From Schizochytrium sp. TIO01 (lineage: Eukaryota; Protista; Bigyra: Labyrinthulomycetes): a stretch of 64,000 nucleotides of DNA. The translations under genes and the position numbers were made by a program. Within the stretch, counting starts at the first letter, position 1. Every line of letters begins with the position of its first letter. Positions 11,364 through 22,900 of the stretch are shown here, piece by piece. The stretch lies in assembly GCA_004764695.1 (NCBI GenBank), contig SMSO01000036.1:1240001-1304000 (forward strand). The letters are read 5' to 3'. The notes below the pieces were generated by a model that was not told where the DNA came from, ran no database searches, and worked only from the letters and a program-made list of their open reading frames with translations.

Positions 11364-12392
11364 TCAGTTGTCTTCGGTCCATGCAAGGATTTCTGTCATA
11401 GAGTTTTGGTCTAACTGCGTGGCATCACGAAGAGCGTAGTAGTCTTGTTCGGTGAATGAATCGAAAAATTGAGAGTCGAAAACAATCGGCATGCCAAAAA
11501 TCTCAAATCCTCCGGGAACAATTTTGACATCTGGTGTAGCAAAGGACTTGCAACGACGCGGGTACACTGCAATACGGAATGGACGGTTGGGTACATCCAG
11601 AGAAAAGAAGTTGTGCGCCATGTCGGCTTCTGCTAGGCATTGCAAGAACTTACGTAGAGCCTCTGCATACTCCTCTAAAAAGTTCTGATCGCGAAGCTCG
11701 AAGACAACACACCCGACATGGTATCCTGTGTGATCGTGCGCAGGGGCAAGGATGGAGCCCCAGCTGTGTTCAGCAAAAGGCTCGAAATGCGCTGCTTCTA
11801 CCATCGAACATCCTCCAGAATGAATAGGGTGCGGGAGTATTTGGGTATGCAAGTGGTTGACACTAGCAAATGCACCGAAGGAATTAAAAATAAGCATCCA
11901 TCTGTTTTTGCGTAGTTCGATCGCGAGATCAATGGCCGCAATCAGAAAAGGCAGCGTTTCTGGGGAAACATAGTTCTGTGCACTTTGCATTTGGCTATGC
12001 ATGATGAAATGATGCTCACAAATAGGAAAGAGATTATAAACCACTCGGAAAATGTCACTAGAGTAAACTACTTCCTCGTTTGGGATCTTAAAAAAGTTGA
12101 ACCCAGCATCTTTCCAAGGCTGATTAACTAAGACTAGGTCTGGACTAGGTTTGCGCTTTTCAGTGTTTCGTTTAGGATTGTATACGATGCTCAAGCGCGC
12201 TTCTTGACTTTGCTGAAAGGTTTCTCGGAGTTGTTGTTTATCCTCATTCTTTCCGCCATCGCTGAGAGCTTCAACATCCACCACGATTTCCCTAATGCGC
12301 ACGTCGGCTAGAAAATGTTTCAGCCTTGCCACAATGTGATGCGAGGAGCTCCAGGCCTCCTCGAGTGCCTTGTGTACACGTGTGGCTGACAT
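11364..12392 (-). CDS. GDP-hexose phosphorylase of the VTC2 / GDPGP1 (HIT superfamily) family
   Basis: 342 aa. Family motif FNSFGAFASVNHLHTQ, upstream YNPKR and FNFFKI..EE, N-x-F-P-I-x-x-x-H, and a downstream AHN ... VYPR. Confidence 0.8.
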   Translation of the reverse strand: MSATRVHKALEEAWSSSHHIVARLKHFLADVRIREIVVDVEALSDGGKNEDKQQLRETFQQSQEARLSIVYNPKRNTEKRKPSPDLVLVNQPWKDAGFNFFKIPNEEVVYSSDIFRVVYNLFPICEHHFIMHSQMQSAQNYVSPETLPFLIAAIDLAIELRKNRWMLIFNSFGAFASVNHLHTQILPHPIHSGGCSMVEAAHFEPFAEHSWGSILAPAHDHTGYHVGCVVFELRDQNFLEEYAEALRKFLQCLAEADMAHNFFSLDVPNRPFRIAVYPRRCKSFATPDVKIVPGGFEIFGMPIVFDSQFFDSFTEQDYYALRDATQLDQNSMTEILAWTEDN

Positions 12393-12947
12393 CTCGCAGT
12401 CTTTTGATAGAATCCTGTGTCTGTTTGTAAATGGTCCATTGTTCTGTTTCTATGAAAACATTAAAACTGTTATAGCCTCCAAATGGTAGCGCCTATTCCA
12501 CCACATAAATAATGATGATTTATACTTATGTAGGTCTTCGTTGCGAAGTGGAGGTTAGTTAGACAAGAGAATGAGATGGCCAAGGAACCACCAAGCTCCA
12601 AACACTGCAAGAGAAGCAAGCCTTCAATTGAACTTATCAAAGTACTTCAACCAGAAGTCACTCGTCACTTTGCACATTTACTTATCCATCGATGCAGCGA
12701 GATCCTGGTTCAAGTGAGTTATAGGTGCGGGGTATACTGTAACATTTTATCCAGAAAGTGAACTATAGAAAACATATACTGTTTGTAAACAGAGAGGTAA
12801 AAGTACAAAGTAGAGTATTCATTTCTTCGTCTGGCTCAATCAAAGTAAACGACTTGGAGAAGTTTTCCTGCCAGATGAAGGCTGTGTCCATGTGCAAATC
12901 TCCAATTCACGCATTTGAAACTCGTGGAGCGCTCTGTGTGTGGCAGC

Positions 12948-13928
12948 ATGCTGCCTTCCGATAGAAATGGGGACGCTCGCGTGCCTTTGCGAAAGAGTGC
13001 ACGCAACGTGAGTGAGCAGCAAGTGGAGCTGAGGCCAATCTTGGGCGATGAGGAGGCGGGAAATGCAAGGTTGGCGCCGAAGTCGAAGAAGATTCGCGCC
13101 GCAACGGGCTCTGGCGAGGTATCAGACGCAGGAACCGAGGTAGAGGTTAACGAATCCAACCATGAGTTCCACTGCGGGGGTGCCTGTGTGACAGGTCCTC
13201 CAGAGGAAGACTGTAACTTTCAGAGGGCAATGATCTTTGTCTTTGTCTTTGTGTTCATCGCGTATGCTGTTGTGAGCGGCCTCTTTCTCTTCGAATATTT
13301 CCCCATATTGGGTGCCATGCCTCTTGTTTATTTACTTTTAGACTTTCTTGCATTTTGCCTCACTGGGTGTACAGATCCAGGCGTCGTACCACCGCAACCA
13401 GATCCAGGTGTGACCGCAGATCCAAGCAAAAGGTATTGCACAATTTGTCATGTGTATCAGGAGGATGGCCAGCGTCATTGCAGATTCTGTAACGCCTGCA
13501 TTCGCGAGCTGGACCATCATTGTGGAGTCACTGGCACTTGCATTGGTGCTCGCAACAAGGTGCACTTTTCGATGCTCTTCTTTTACTACATGATGTCTGT
13601 GTGGTCGTTAATAATTGGTGTGGCTTACATTGCGATATGCACCACGCTTTCGTCATCTTCTGGTTTTGACGGATCTTTTCCGCAAGCAGTTACCATTTCT
13701 GCACGAGTATTGGGTATCGTTCTTTTAGTTCTTGCTGTGGTATCCTTTGCATTCTGGTTCCTTGCTTACTTTGACCTACTTGGTAGATGTCCATGCATTT
13801 ATAACATTTGCTGCTGCATCCCTGGAGGTCGTCGTGGAAGCAATTTATTTATTACCGATATTGAAAGAGAGCCCGGCTGTGGTCCTTTTGCTTGTTTGAG
13901 CGTCCCGAAACGTGAATTCTACCCTTAA
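12948..13928 (+). CDS. DHHC-type protein S-palmitoyltransferase (ZDHHC family)
   Basis: TDPG motif, Cys-rich domain YCTICH...HCRFCNACIRELDHHCGVTGTCIGARN and four hydrophobic segments. The first in-frame ATG is at 12948 (the ORF track starts at an alternative codon, 12915). Confidence 0.9.
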   Translation: MLPSDRNGDARVPLRKSARNVSEQQVELRPILGDEEAGNARLAPKSKKIRAATGSGEVSDAGTEVEVNESNHEFHCGGACVTGPPEEDCNFQRAMIFVFVFVFIAYAVVSGLFLFEYFPILGAMPLVYLLLDFLAFCLTGCTDPGVVPPQPDPGVTADPSKRYCTICHVYQEDGQRHCRFCNACIRELDHHCGVTGTCIGARNKVHFSMLFFYYMMSVWSLIIGVAYIAICTTLSSSSGFDGSFPQAVTISARVLGIVLLVLAVVSFAFWFLAYFDLLGRCPCIYNICCCIPGGRRGSNLFITDIEREPGCGPFACLSVPKREFYP

Positions 13929-15540
13929 AGTTCAAAGATGACAGTGTAAATATCATGTCTTCTTGATTACGAAAGTTATTGTAAAGCAAGCATGAATCTT
14001 AAAACAAACCGCTTGTTTTGAAGTAACGAAGCAAACAACACAATGATTTAACTGCTTAATGGGCGATGTATACCTGGCTTCCCAAGGAGCACCAAACAAC
14101 ATCGGGCTGCCTTGCCCGAACGTTAAGATTGTAATGGAAATAATAGAGTGCATCATCTGCAATAGATTTTCGATACAAGTCTTCTCCTTCTTGACTTTCT
14201 GCGGGATCCTTCTAGGCGACTAAAAACAAACAAAATCATTACTACAGCTAGGCAAAAACTTAGTCAGAAGTACAATATATAAACCTTTCTCTGTAAAACC
14301 CATACATCAGGATACGTTCTCTTAAACAAGACTTGCAATATTGAGCATCAAGTATTCCTACCAAATAAGGCCTTGTGATTTTTTTTTCTTAACCTCAACT
14401 CTTGTGATGAAAAATTTCAACATACCAAGCGGAGGTGAGGGGACTCTCTATATCCATAGGATCTTCAAAAGTTTCACTGTGATGGGTGGTCTGTAAGAAC
14501 TCCAAAGAGAAGTATGATCTATGATGTGTAATTTTGTAGCGGACTATTTAAGCCACACACTATCTAGCTCGTAGCTTTGCCAATGGGGCTGTCCCTGACT
14601 GTCAACTATACATTTTAGGTTCACTAAAGTGCGATCGTTTGCTTTGTTACAAGATGCAAAGGCTATGGTTCTAGACGCATTTAGCATTCTTTCAGACGTC
14701 TTCGTTACCTTCAAGTTGGGGCCAGATTGCCAAGGGTAGCATCGCGCTAAGGCGCCTCTGCGACGATGCAGTATGAGTCTCGAAATACGAAGTCCTCGAT
14801 CTGGCTCATGGCATCGCGGTCGCCACCGAAGGATCCATGACGCACTCAGCCAAGACTTGCACTGCGATGATCTTCTTGCCAACCTGAAGAAGAAGCCTCC
14901 GGGAAGAGCAAGACACAGTTCTACTGACTTCGGGTGTAATCGTATCGCTACGAGCTGCCAGCTGAGGGTGCACTACAAACCCAGCCATTCTCAAAGGACC
15001 GAGCAAAGCCATCCTCGGCGGACCAAGGGTAGCTAAACAGCTCAGTCTCGTTCGTCATCCAGCATTTTCAACCAAGGCAACCTAGGGCTCGGCTCCGATG
15101 ATGCATTATTGCGGGGTGCAAGTATCGATCGCTCAAGTTTCCTCATTCAGCACTCTCAAAACCTGCCGAGTGAGAAGGAAACCAAGTCCAAAAACCGCGC
15201 TCTTCTTACGAGCTATGTTCTTTTTCGATGTGGCTCGTTGTCATTACACCCACAACGATCAGAGTTTGGTCGGGGAAAAGCTGCTATGTGTCCCAAAGCT
15301 GAAAGAAGCTAGCTTGCTTCTCTTAGCCACGGCACAGCTTAGATCTAAGCCTACACATCTGCATCAGTCAGCACCTATTGGCACCTCTTAGTTAGCCTGT
15401 TAGGCCGCGGAGGCGCTGACTACCAATTCACTTTCACTGTTCCTATTCTGCTTCTGCTATCTTTCATCTTCTTATGAAACTTGGAAATTTTATTATAAAA
15501 ACATAATGAAAGTAATCTTACAGTCATGGTTAGCATCATG

Positions 15541-15593
15541 ATAAAAGTTAATAAAAGTTAATAAAAGTTAATGGAGGTTTTAATAAAAGTTAA
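15541..15593. repeat. 10-bp minisatellite (ATAAAAGTTA)x3 plus one further copy
   Basis: Read directly. Confidence 0.85.
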
Positions 15594-16052
15594 CATTTTT
15601 ATTATTATTCTTTAAGTATGTATGCCTGTTATAATCATGACAGAGTTGCAAAATTAATTTTTTATAATCAAGCATCGCAAGTAGCACTACCTACTGCCCA
15701 GCTAGGCCTCGGCAGGATGCCTGAGAAAGAAGAATTGCCCTCGCTCCATCTTCCCTCGCCCCGGAAGCCTCGCTCAGGCCTCGAGCTCGTTTCCGTAGGC
15801 AGTCGGAGGGTGGTTTTGGGCATCAGAAGGCCATACAGAAGCAAGTTCCAGGCCAAGGGAGGGAGCTTCCCGCCTGTAGGCTGTTTGCCACAGGGTTGCG
15901 TCACGCCTCCACTTGGCTTATAAATGCAGACGACACACGGATCTCCAACGCTCGGGACCCCTCTTTACTCACCTATAAAGTCATTGCGTTTCTCTCTTTT
16001 TCCTCTTTTTCCTCTTTATTCTCTTTTTTCTTGGAGGTTTTAGGTGAACTTG

Positions 16053-16054
16053 GA

Positions 16055-16124
<70 letters not shown>
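16053..16124. repeat. (GAAA)18 microsatellite
   Basis: Read directly. Confidence 0.95.
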
Positions 16125-16126
<2 letters not shown>

Positions 16127-16457
16127 AGAAAACTTGACTTGACATACCTCGATCGAATCAAACGTGCGATTGATCGATTGATACTGATCGATTGATAGAT
16201 CGATCGGTGGGAGCAAGCTCTCTAAGCAGCCAAGTTGTCAACAACTTGATCGATTCGATGCGCTGATGCGGGTAAGCAGCAACTCTCTCCATGGGCCCAT
16301 AGAAAATGAATGCCCTTTCATCGGAAGTGGAGCGCGTGCTCTTCAAAGAAAGCATCCTGGACGAGTTCTTGAGGCCCTTAGAGGAAGCAAAGCGCGACAG
16401 GTCCCCACAATTACCTTCAAGCTAAGAGACCATGTCATCGATTCACTTCTTATGTAA

Positions 16458-16605
16458 TCATTCATTCATTCATTCATTCATTCATGATTTGTTATTCATG
16501 ATGTATAATTCATGATTTGTTATTCAGGATTTGTTATTCATGATTTGTTATTCATGATTTGTTATTCATGATTTGTTATTCAGGATTTGTTATTCAGGAT
16601 TTGTT
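16458..16605. repeat. (TCAT)n running into a 14-bp minisatellite ATTCA(T/G)GATTTGTT
   Basis: Read directly; about 8-9 copies of the 14-mer, one of them degenerate. Confidence 0.9.
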
Positions 16606-17014
16606 AACAATTCAGGATATATTATTCTTGAAAGGAGCCGCCTTCGAGTTGTTTTAGGCAGCCAAGAAGGAATGAATGAATGCCTATCTCTAATTCCATT
16701 CAATGCAGTTAGTTCTCTGCAGAGTCGCGAGGGATGACGAAATCCTTCGTGGAGTTGCGGCTGGAAACTGCCTGTGTCCATCGTTCGAGTTATTTTTTCG
16801 CTGCTTTGAGCAATCTTTCCGAGTCTTCAGAACGGACGACATGCAAGCTTCTTTCAATTTGCGGGGCTGATCAGTGGCCGCCAAGGCTTCCTTCCACAAA
16901 GTAGGCGAGGTCAGCGACCTGTTCAAGATAACTTGGACTTCGTTCGCCTCCACCTCCATCATCGATAACGAACTAACTGCCGTACTGACTGACGAATTGA
17001 CGAATTGACTGAGC

Positions 17015-17038
17015 AACCAACCAACCAACCAACCAACC
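17015..17038. repeat. (AACC)n microsatellite
   Basis: Read directly. Confidence 0.85.
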
Positions 17039-17754
17039 TCATCATCGCCACCGGAGTTCATCGCCATCCGTCGCCAATTCCGCACGAACTAAGCTCCACT
17101 GAGTGCAATCATCAGCTTCGGTACGCTTGCATTGGCACTCCTCAGTCCAACATCATTCTCCAAAGGCCGCGAAGGCGGAATTCCAATCTTCTGTGGTAAT
17201 TAATATCTGCGCTTTTCAATATGATGGGCCCAACCAAACTCAGTCAGCCGCTTCTTGGATAGAATAGAAATCAAACACTCCGCTCCTCCCTCCACACGGC
17301 CACGGGCAGTTTCAGACGCAGCTGATCTCCACTCGCTGAAAGGGGCTCGCGAATTTGCTTCTTGGACCCTCACGCTTCTTCGTGGCCTCCACGATTTTCA
17401 TTATGAATCCGTGAGCAAACGATCGTTTATCCATGTTTTTTAGACGCGCTGCACATGCAGCGAACAGGGTGTGTACCGCGGCGGCGGCCATTTGTCGATG
17501 CGTGCAAAACAACCAAAGGCAAGGCCTGCGAGCTAGCTCCAAGGGCTCGACGGAGCCGGCCTCGGACAGGGCAGATAAAGGCTCGCGGTCGATGGCAATC
17601 CGTTGCCGCCCACGCGTATCCTGTCGCAGAAGAGTCCGGCGCAAGTTGGATGCGCTTCATGCACGAATTCCTAGAGACTGTTTTAGGCTCATGGCCCTTT
17701 CATATTCAGCATGAACATGGATGGCTAAACTCATTAAAAAATGTAAATGAAATA

Positions 17755-17809
17755 ATGTAAATCAGATGTAAATCAGATGTAAATCAGATGTAAATCAGAT
17801 GTAAATCAG
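17755..17809. repeat. 11-bp minisatellite (ATGTAAATCAG)x5, perfect
   Basis: Read directly. Confidence 0.95.
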
Positions 17810-19276
17810 ATCATCACTCGCTCACTCACTCTAAACCAACCAAACTGGAACCAGGAGACGCTCGGAAGAAGCGCTCCGGAGAAGAGCACGGAACTCGAGT
17901 TCTGCCTCTGCGCTGCGAATTTGCGATGTTTCTGAACGGAGTCGCACGCTCCTCGAATGCCGAAGCCGGGTTACTAACCACTTTGTGCGGCTGGTTCCGG
18001 CGCAGATCTTGCTCAGAAACCATTCAGTTCTTCAAGTTTGCAGCGTCGCCGTGGTCTCTCTTTAAAGCGACTCTTTTGTTGCCATTGTCATCTTTGCTGT
18101 TGTTGTTGTCGTTGTGTCATTGTGTCATTGACGTCGTTGTTGCCATCTTTATAGTTGTTGTTGTCTGCTTAATCGCTTTATTAATGGTTAACTTTGGTAG
18201 CATTAAGCGATTGCCGGGACTTCGATCTCTCTCCGCAGAGCTGGAAACTGCATTTCGCGCGCTGGCGAGACTGCTCTCTCGCTGGGTAAGCACGGGAGGT
18301 GCATGCATACCTTTCATGGGTGCTCGCTTTGAAGAGTCTTGGCGACGCTCCAATCGATTTCTATAAATCGATGAAAACGAATCGATCTATGGATTAATCA
18401 ATCAAAAGTTAATTAATTACCCAATCAATGCCAAACAAAGTCAAAGCCGTCCCTAACTGAGGGTCTGACTTTGTCTAAACATGTCTTGGTGCGCATAATT
18501 AGTCGCGACTTCGAATGGCACCAGAAGCGACAGCTGTGCCAACTCCAGGCTCGAGAATAAGCTTGCTTGAGCTTGAGCTTGGCTTGGACTTTGATCAACT
18601 CAGACTTGAACTCATTCGAGGGATTGGATTAGACGGACTTCGGTTCTTTGGACGGGAAAGAGGATCTAAAGAGAATGGAAGACGAGAAAGTAATAGGGAC
18701 CTACCTACCTAATCGCTAGAAAAGGCTCGAGAGGATGCTAAAGAGAGGGCTCTGACGGCGTGTTTAAGCGGCATTTATCATTCAGCCTCTGAGGAAACCA
18801 TCCACGAATCTATCTCATCGAGTTAATCACCAATGGTTTTCCTGGTCGTGATGGTTTTGATTCTTTCCGAGTGTATGTTTTTTTAATAAAAAGCCTTGCT
18901 CAACTTGAACTTGAACCAAGGACATAATTAGAACTTGAAAGTTTGTTGTTTGTTGGTTTTTTTTGGGGAGAGAAGATTAACGATTACTTTAAGCCTCGGT
19001 AGGTGGGTATGGAAGGTATATCTTCTGCTTTCGGGGCCCAGGATAAAAGTGGAGAATTAGAAAAAAAGTTCACTTCAAGCACGTCATCGGAATACCCGTT
19101 GCATTATTCTGGAAAAGGTCTTGGGCAGCGAGGAACAAATGTAGTTACATCCAGGTTCTGCTTGAAGTTAGGAGAGTGCAATAAATATAGAGGAAAACTG
19201 CACCATAGAGGTGACCAACACGAAGAAAGTTAATTTATGTAAATTAGAAATAACAAATATTAATTAAAATAAAAAC

Positions 19277-19329
19277 AAGAAGAAGAAGAAGAAGAGAAGA
19301 AGAAGAAGAAGAAGAAGAAGAAGAAGAAG
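19277..19329. repeat. (AAG)n microsatellite
   Basis: Read directly; one interruption. Confidence 0.9.
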
Positions 19330-19925
19330 CCAAAAAGCCTTGACTAGTTCGACAAAGCGCTCAATAAGTGAAGCATATTGGTCTCAACAGTAGTTAGAGC
19401 CCAAGTAGAGCGTTGTAATACACAAAAAAGTCCCATAGGAAGAGACAATCAAAGGTACCTTTTCCTAGTAAAAAACAAAACAAAACAAAAACAAAAAACT
19501 TTTTAAAAATAATTAAAAAAGGGAAAGGAAAGAAAAGAAAGAGAGACAGACAGATAAATCATGAGTTAGAATCAATCAATCAGCAAATCCATTGATCGAT
19601 CAATCAATCCCGGATCGACATCCTCCCTAACCTTGAGGCAGGGGCAACGTTGTTGGGGTCAAGTGCCATCAACTCAGCGACTGGAGTTCTTCTCCGCCAC
19701 GCAAACATTAAAGCAAAATTGCCTGGAAGTCTAGGCCCGGAGCTCAAGTTCTGACCCAATTGTTGTTGTCGTTGTCGTTGTCGTTGTTCGTGCTTTTGCA
19801 ATTGCTGTTGCTGTTGCTGCTGCAACTGCCTCTAGTTCGCTGGAGCTGGTGTTGTCCTGAGAACAGCTGCAGCAAAGGAGCCAGGGATCAACTGAAATCT
19901 GTGCCTGCACTACAAAATCTCGCAA

Positions 19926-22900
19926 ATGGACTCGACGCCCCTGCTCGAGGGCGCGCGTTCGCCATTGGATCGATTTCGGGATTTTGAGAGCCAATTACCC
20001 ACACATGAACTATCACCTCAAATTCAACATCGGCGAACGCAAGCCCATGCAATTGCAGTGTGCAAACAGAGAACCACAATCTTGCTTGGAGAAGTAGCAA
20101 GATTACTGCTGATTGTTGTCCTCTGGAGTATTGGTTGGTGGGGTTTGAGCATTGGAACCCTTGCCAAACGCTGGCAAAAGCAAGATACCAATGAATGGAG
20201 TGGTCTACTTGTCCCTGCACTCTGGTGCGCCCTTGTACCCGTATTTTGGGCAGTCTGGAGTGCTAGTGCAGCGATTCCCCAGCCGGCGGCACATCGGAAC
20301 GATGGTGGCCGTGTTTACATTTGGTGTGCAAATAGAGCTCAGACTATGGCTGCCATGACATGCGCTTTTCTTGGTGCAGGTTGCGCAGTACTCGCAGACT
20401 GGGCGCCTCTTCAAACTTACGAGGAGGATGCAACTGACGTACAGAGCTTCCTCTTTTCGCTTGGTGGTCTTTGTCTAACTGTTTTTGTATCCTATTACGG
20501 TTTCCGCCTCAAGGGATGTGTTCTGGCACTTGCAGTCATCTACTTGAATGTGTGGCAAACTGTGGCCTCCCTTGCACTCAGGGACAGTCCTCGGGGTGAT
20601 CAGGAGTGGATTTCGCATCACCCAAAGCTTTACATGGCACTGGCATTTGGCCAACTTGGTCTCTTATGTCTCGAAGTTGCCACCGAGGCGTTGCTTGTGT
20701 GCATAAATTGCCAAACGCAAATTGTGCAGCTAGCCTTTGCCACGGCAGATGCCATTTGGATCTTTGTCAGAGTCGTGCTCTTGTTCTGGCAAGGCGACCA
20801 CTTTCTTGAGCTTTGGACAATGCCAGTAATGGCGGCCATTTCCTTGTTTTTTCTCGTCGGGGATCTCTTCCTACGTGTCAACTGCATTCAAAATGCATCT
20901 CAAAGACCAAGCGATGGACAAAACCACAAGTATGTGCGTCTTGCTGAGCAGGATCAAGCCTCTATCTTCTCCCGTTACACATTTTGGTGGGTCCTGCCTA
21001 CACTTCGCTCTGCTAATCGCTTCGGGCGCCTGGACATTGCTGATCTGCCTCAGCTACCTCAGCAAGACATGCCCATGTACCTTTTTCGTCGTTTTGGCGA
21101 AGAATGGCAGGGTGAACCTCTGAATGGTTGGAAACTTTTGGTGAAAATTTGCTATAGTGTGCAGCGCACTGTTTTCTTCTCCTCAATGCTTCATGGCTGG
21201 GCCTACCAGTTGTTGATGCTCTTGGACCCAATCATCCTCAACAAGCTGCTCAAAAACTCTGACAAATCAAACTCAACAAATGATTCAGACCTCTCGAATA
21301 GCTTTATTCTGGTCGGGTTACTTTCTGTGAGTATGTTTATTCGAGTTACTTTCATGGAGGTTTGCTTCTTTGCCTCCACGCGCGTAAATAACAATGCACG
21401 TACAGTTCTTGTCACATCAGTTTTCCGTAAAGTCTTGCGCGGTGAAGAGTCTCCTGATTATGATTCGGGGTCACTTACCAACCTCATGGCTACAGATGCA
21501 GATAAGATTGGCAAGACTTCTTGGATGTTGTTCTTCTTTGCGCAGTGGAGCTGGGCTATCCTTTCCCTCCCTGTGGTTATTTACTTTGTTTACCAGGTTG
21601 TAGGTAGCGCAATTTGGATGGGAGTGGCCACCATGCTTCTGGGCGGTGTTGTTACCCGTAAAATGTCTAATTTTGTTCGCCCAGCAGTTTTGGCCTCTCA
21701 GGAAAAGCGTGATATCCGTAGTCAGCTCATCAAAGAAATACTATCAAGTATTACTGCCATTAAACTACAAGCTGGAGAAGAGGAATGGATCGAGCGGGTC
21801 AAACTTGCTCGTGCCGAGGAAATGAAAGAAATCTTCAAAATTCGCGTACTCTCCGCTGTCAACTCGGCCATTGGTACCGTTGTGTTTGTCGCTGTACCTG
21901 TTTCTATCTTTGCATGGTATGTTGCAGTTGAGGGGCGTGAACTGGATAGTACCACAGCTTTCACCACCTTGGCATGGATTGCACAGATGCGCTGGAGCAT
22001 AAACGTGCTGCCAGATATTTACAATATGTACGCCTCCTTGGCTCCAAGTTGTGATCGCCTGGCAAAGTTTTTCAATGACGAAACACTAGGAAGTGTCCAG
22101 AGTTGGCTTTCTCTCGATGATACAGAGTCTGAGGAAAACTTCAATTCAAGTGTTACTTCGCTGCCTCCTGACACTGCTGTAGCTATTCAGGGCGTTCTTG
22201 GATATCGTCAAGCAGGTGGCAAGGAAGTAACCACTGTTCTCAAAGATATTAACTTGAGTGTACCCCGTGGAAAGTTCATGATCATCGTTGGCGCGGTGGG
22301 TTCGGGTAAATCGACACTGCTTGCTGCAATGTCGAAGGGCCTGCCAATGCTCAAGGGGTCGTGCCAAACAAGGGGGTCACGCGCGTATGTGAGTCAAATT
22401 CCATTTCTTCTTAATGACTCCGTGGAGAACAATATTATTTTTGGCAAACCTCTGGACGAGCTGCGATTTCAGCAATGTGTCCATGATGCTGCACTGGAGC
22501 AAGATCTAGAGTCTTTCCAGAAGGGACGATACACAGTAATCGGTGATAAAGGTGTACAACTCAGTGGTGGTCAGAAAGCACGTTTGGCGCTCGCTCGGGC
22601 ATTGTACATGGATAGGGATATTTACTTTCTTGATGATGTTCTTTCAGCAGTTGATGCCACTACAGGGCAATTTTTGTGGAAAAATACGCTCATCAATGGC
22701 CTCGTGCGTCGCGGCAAGACTGTGGTACTTGTAACACACCAACTGCAATACTTGTCAAGAAGTGAAGTTGACTTGGTTGCAGCTGTTGCAGATGGCAACA
22801 TTATCGTTGGTACATGGGAAGAGGTTAAATCTCAGGTGAATGAAGATATCTCGTCGTTTGTTGAAACTCGCGAAAGAACATCGTCTACACCCTCTTCTCC

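Noticed and set aside
15896-16195. ORFs with KKERKKER / FFLSFFLS repeats
   Set aside because: Translation artefacts of the (GAAA)18 microsatellite.
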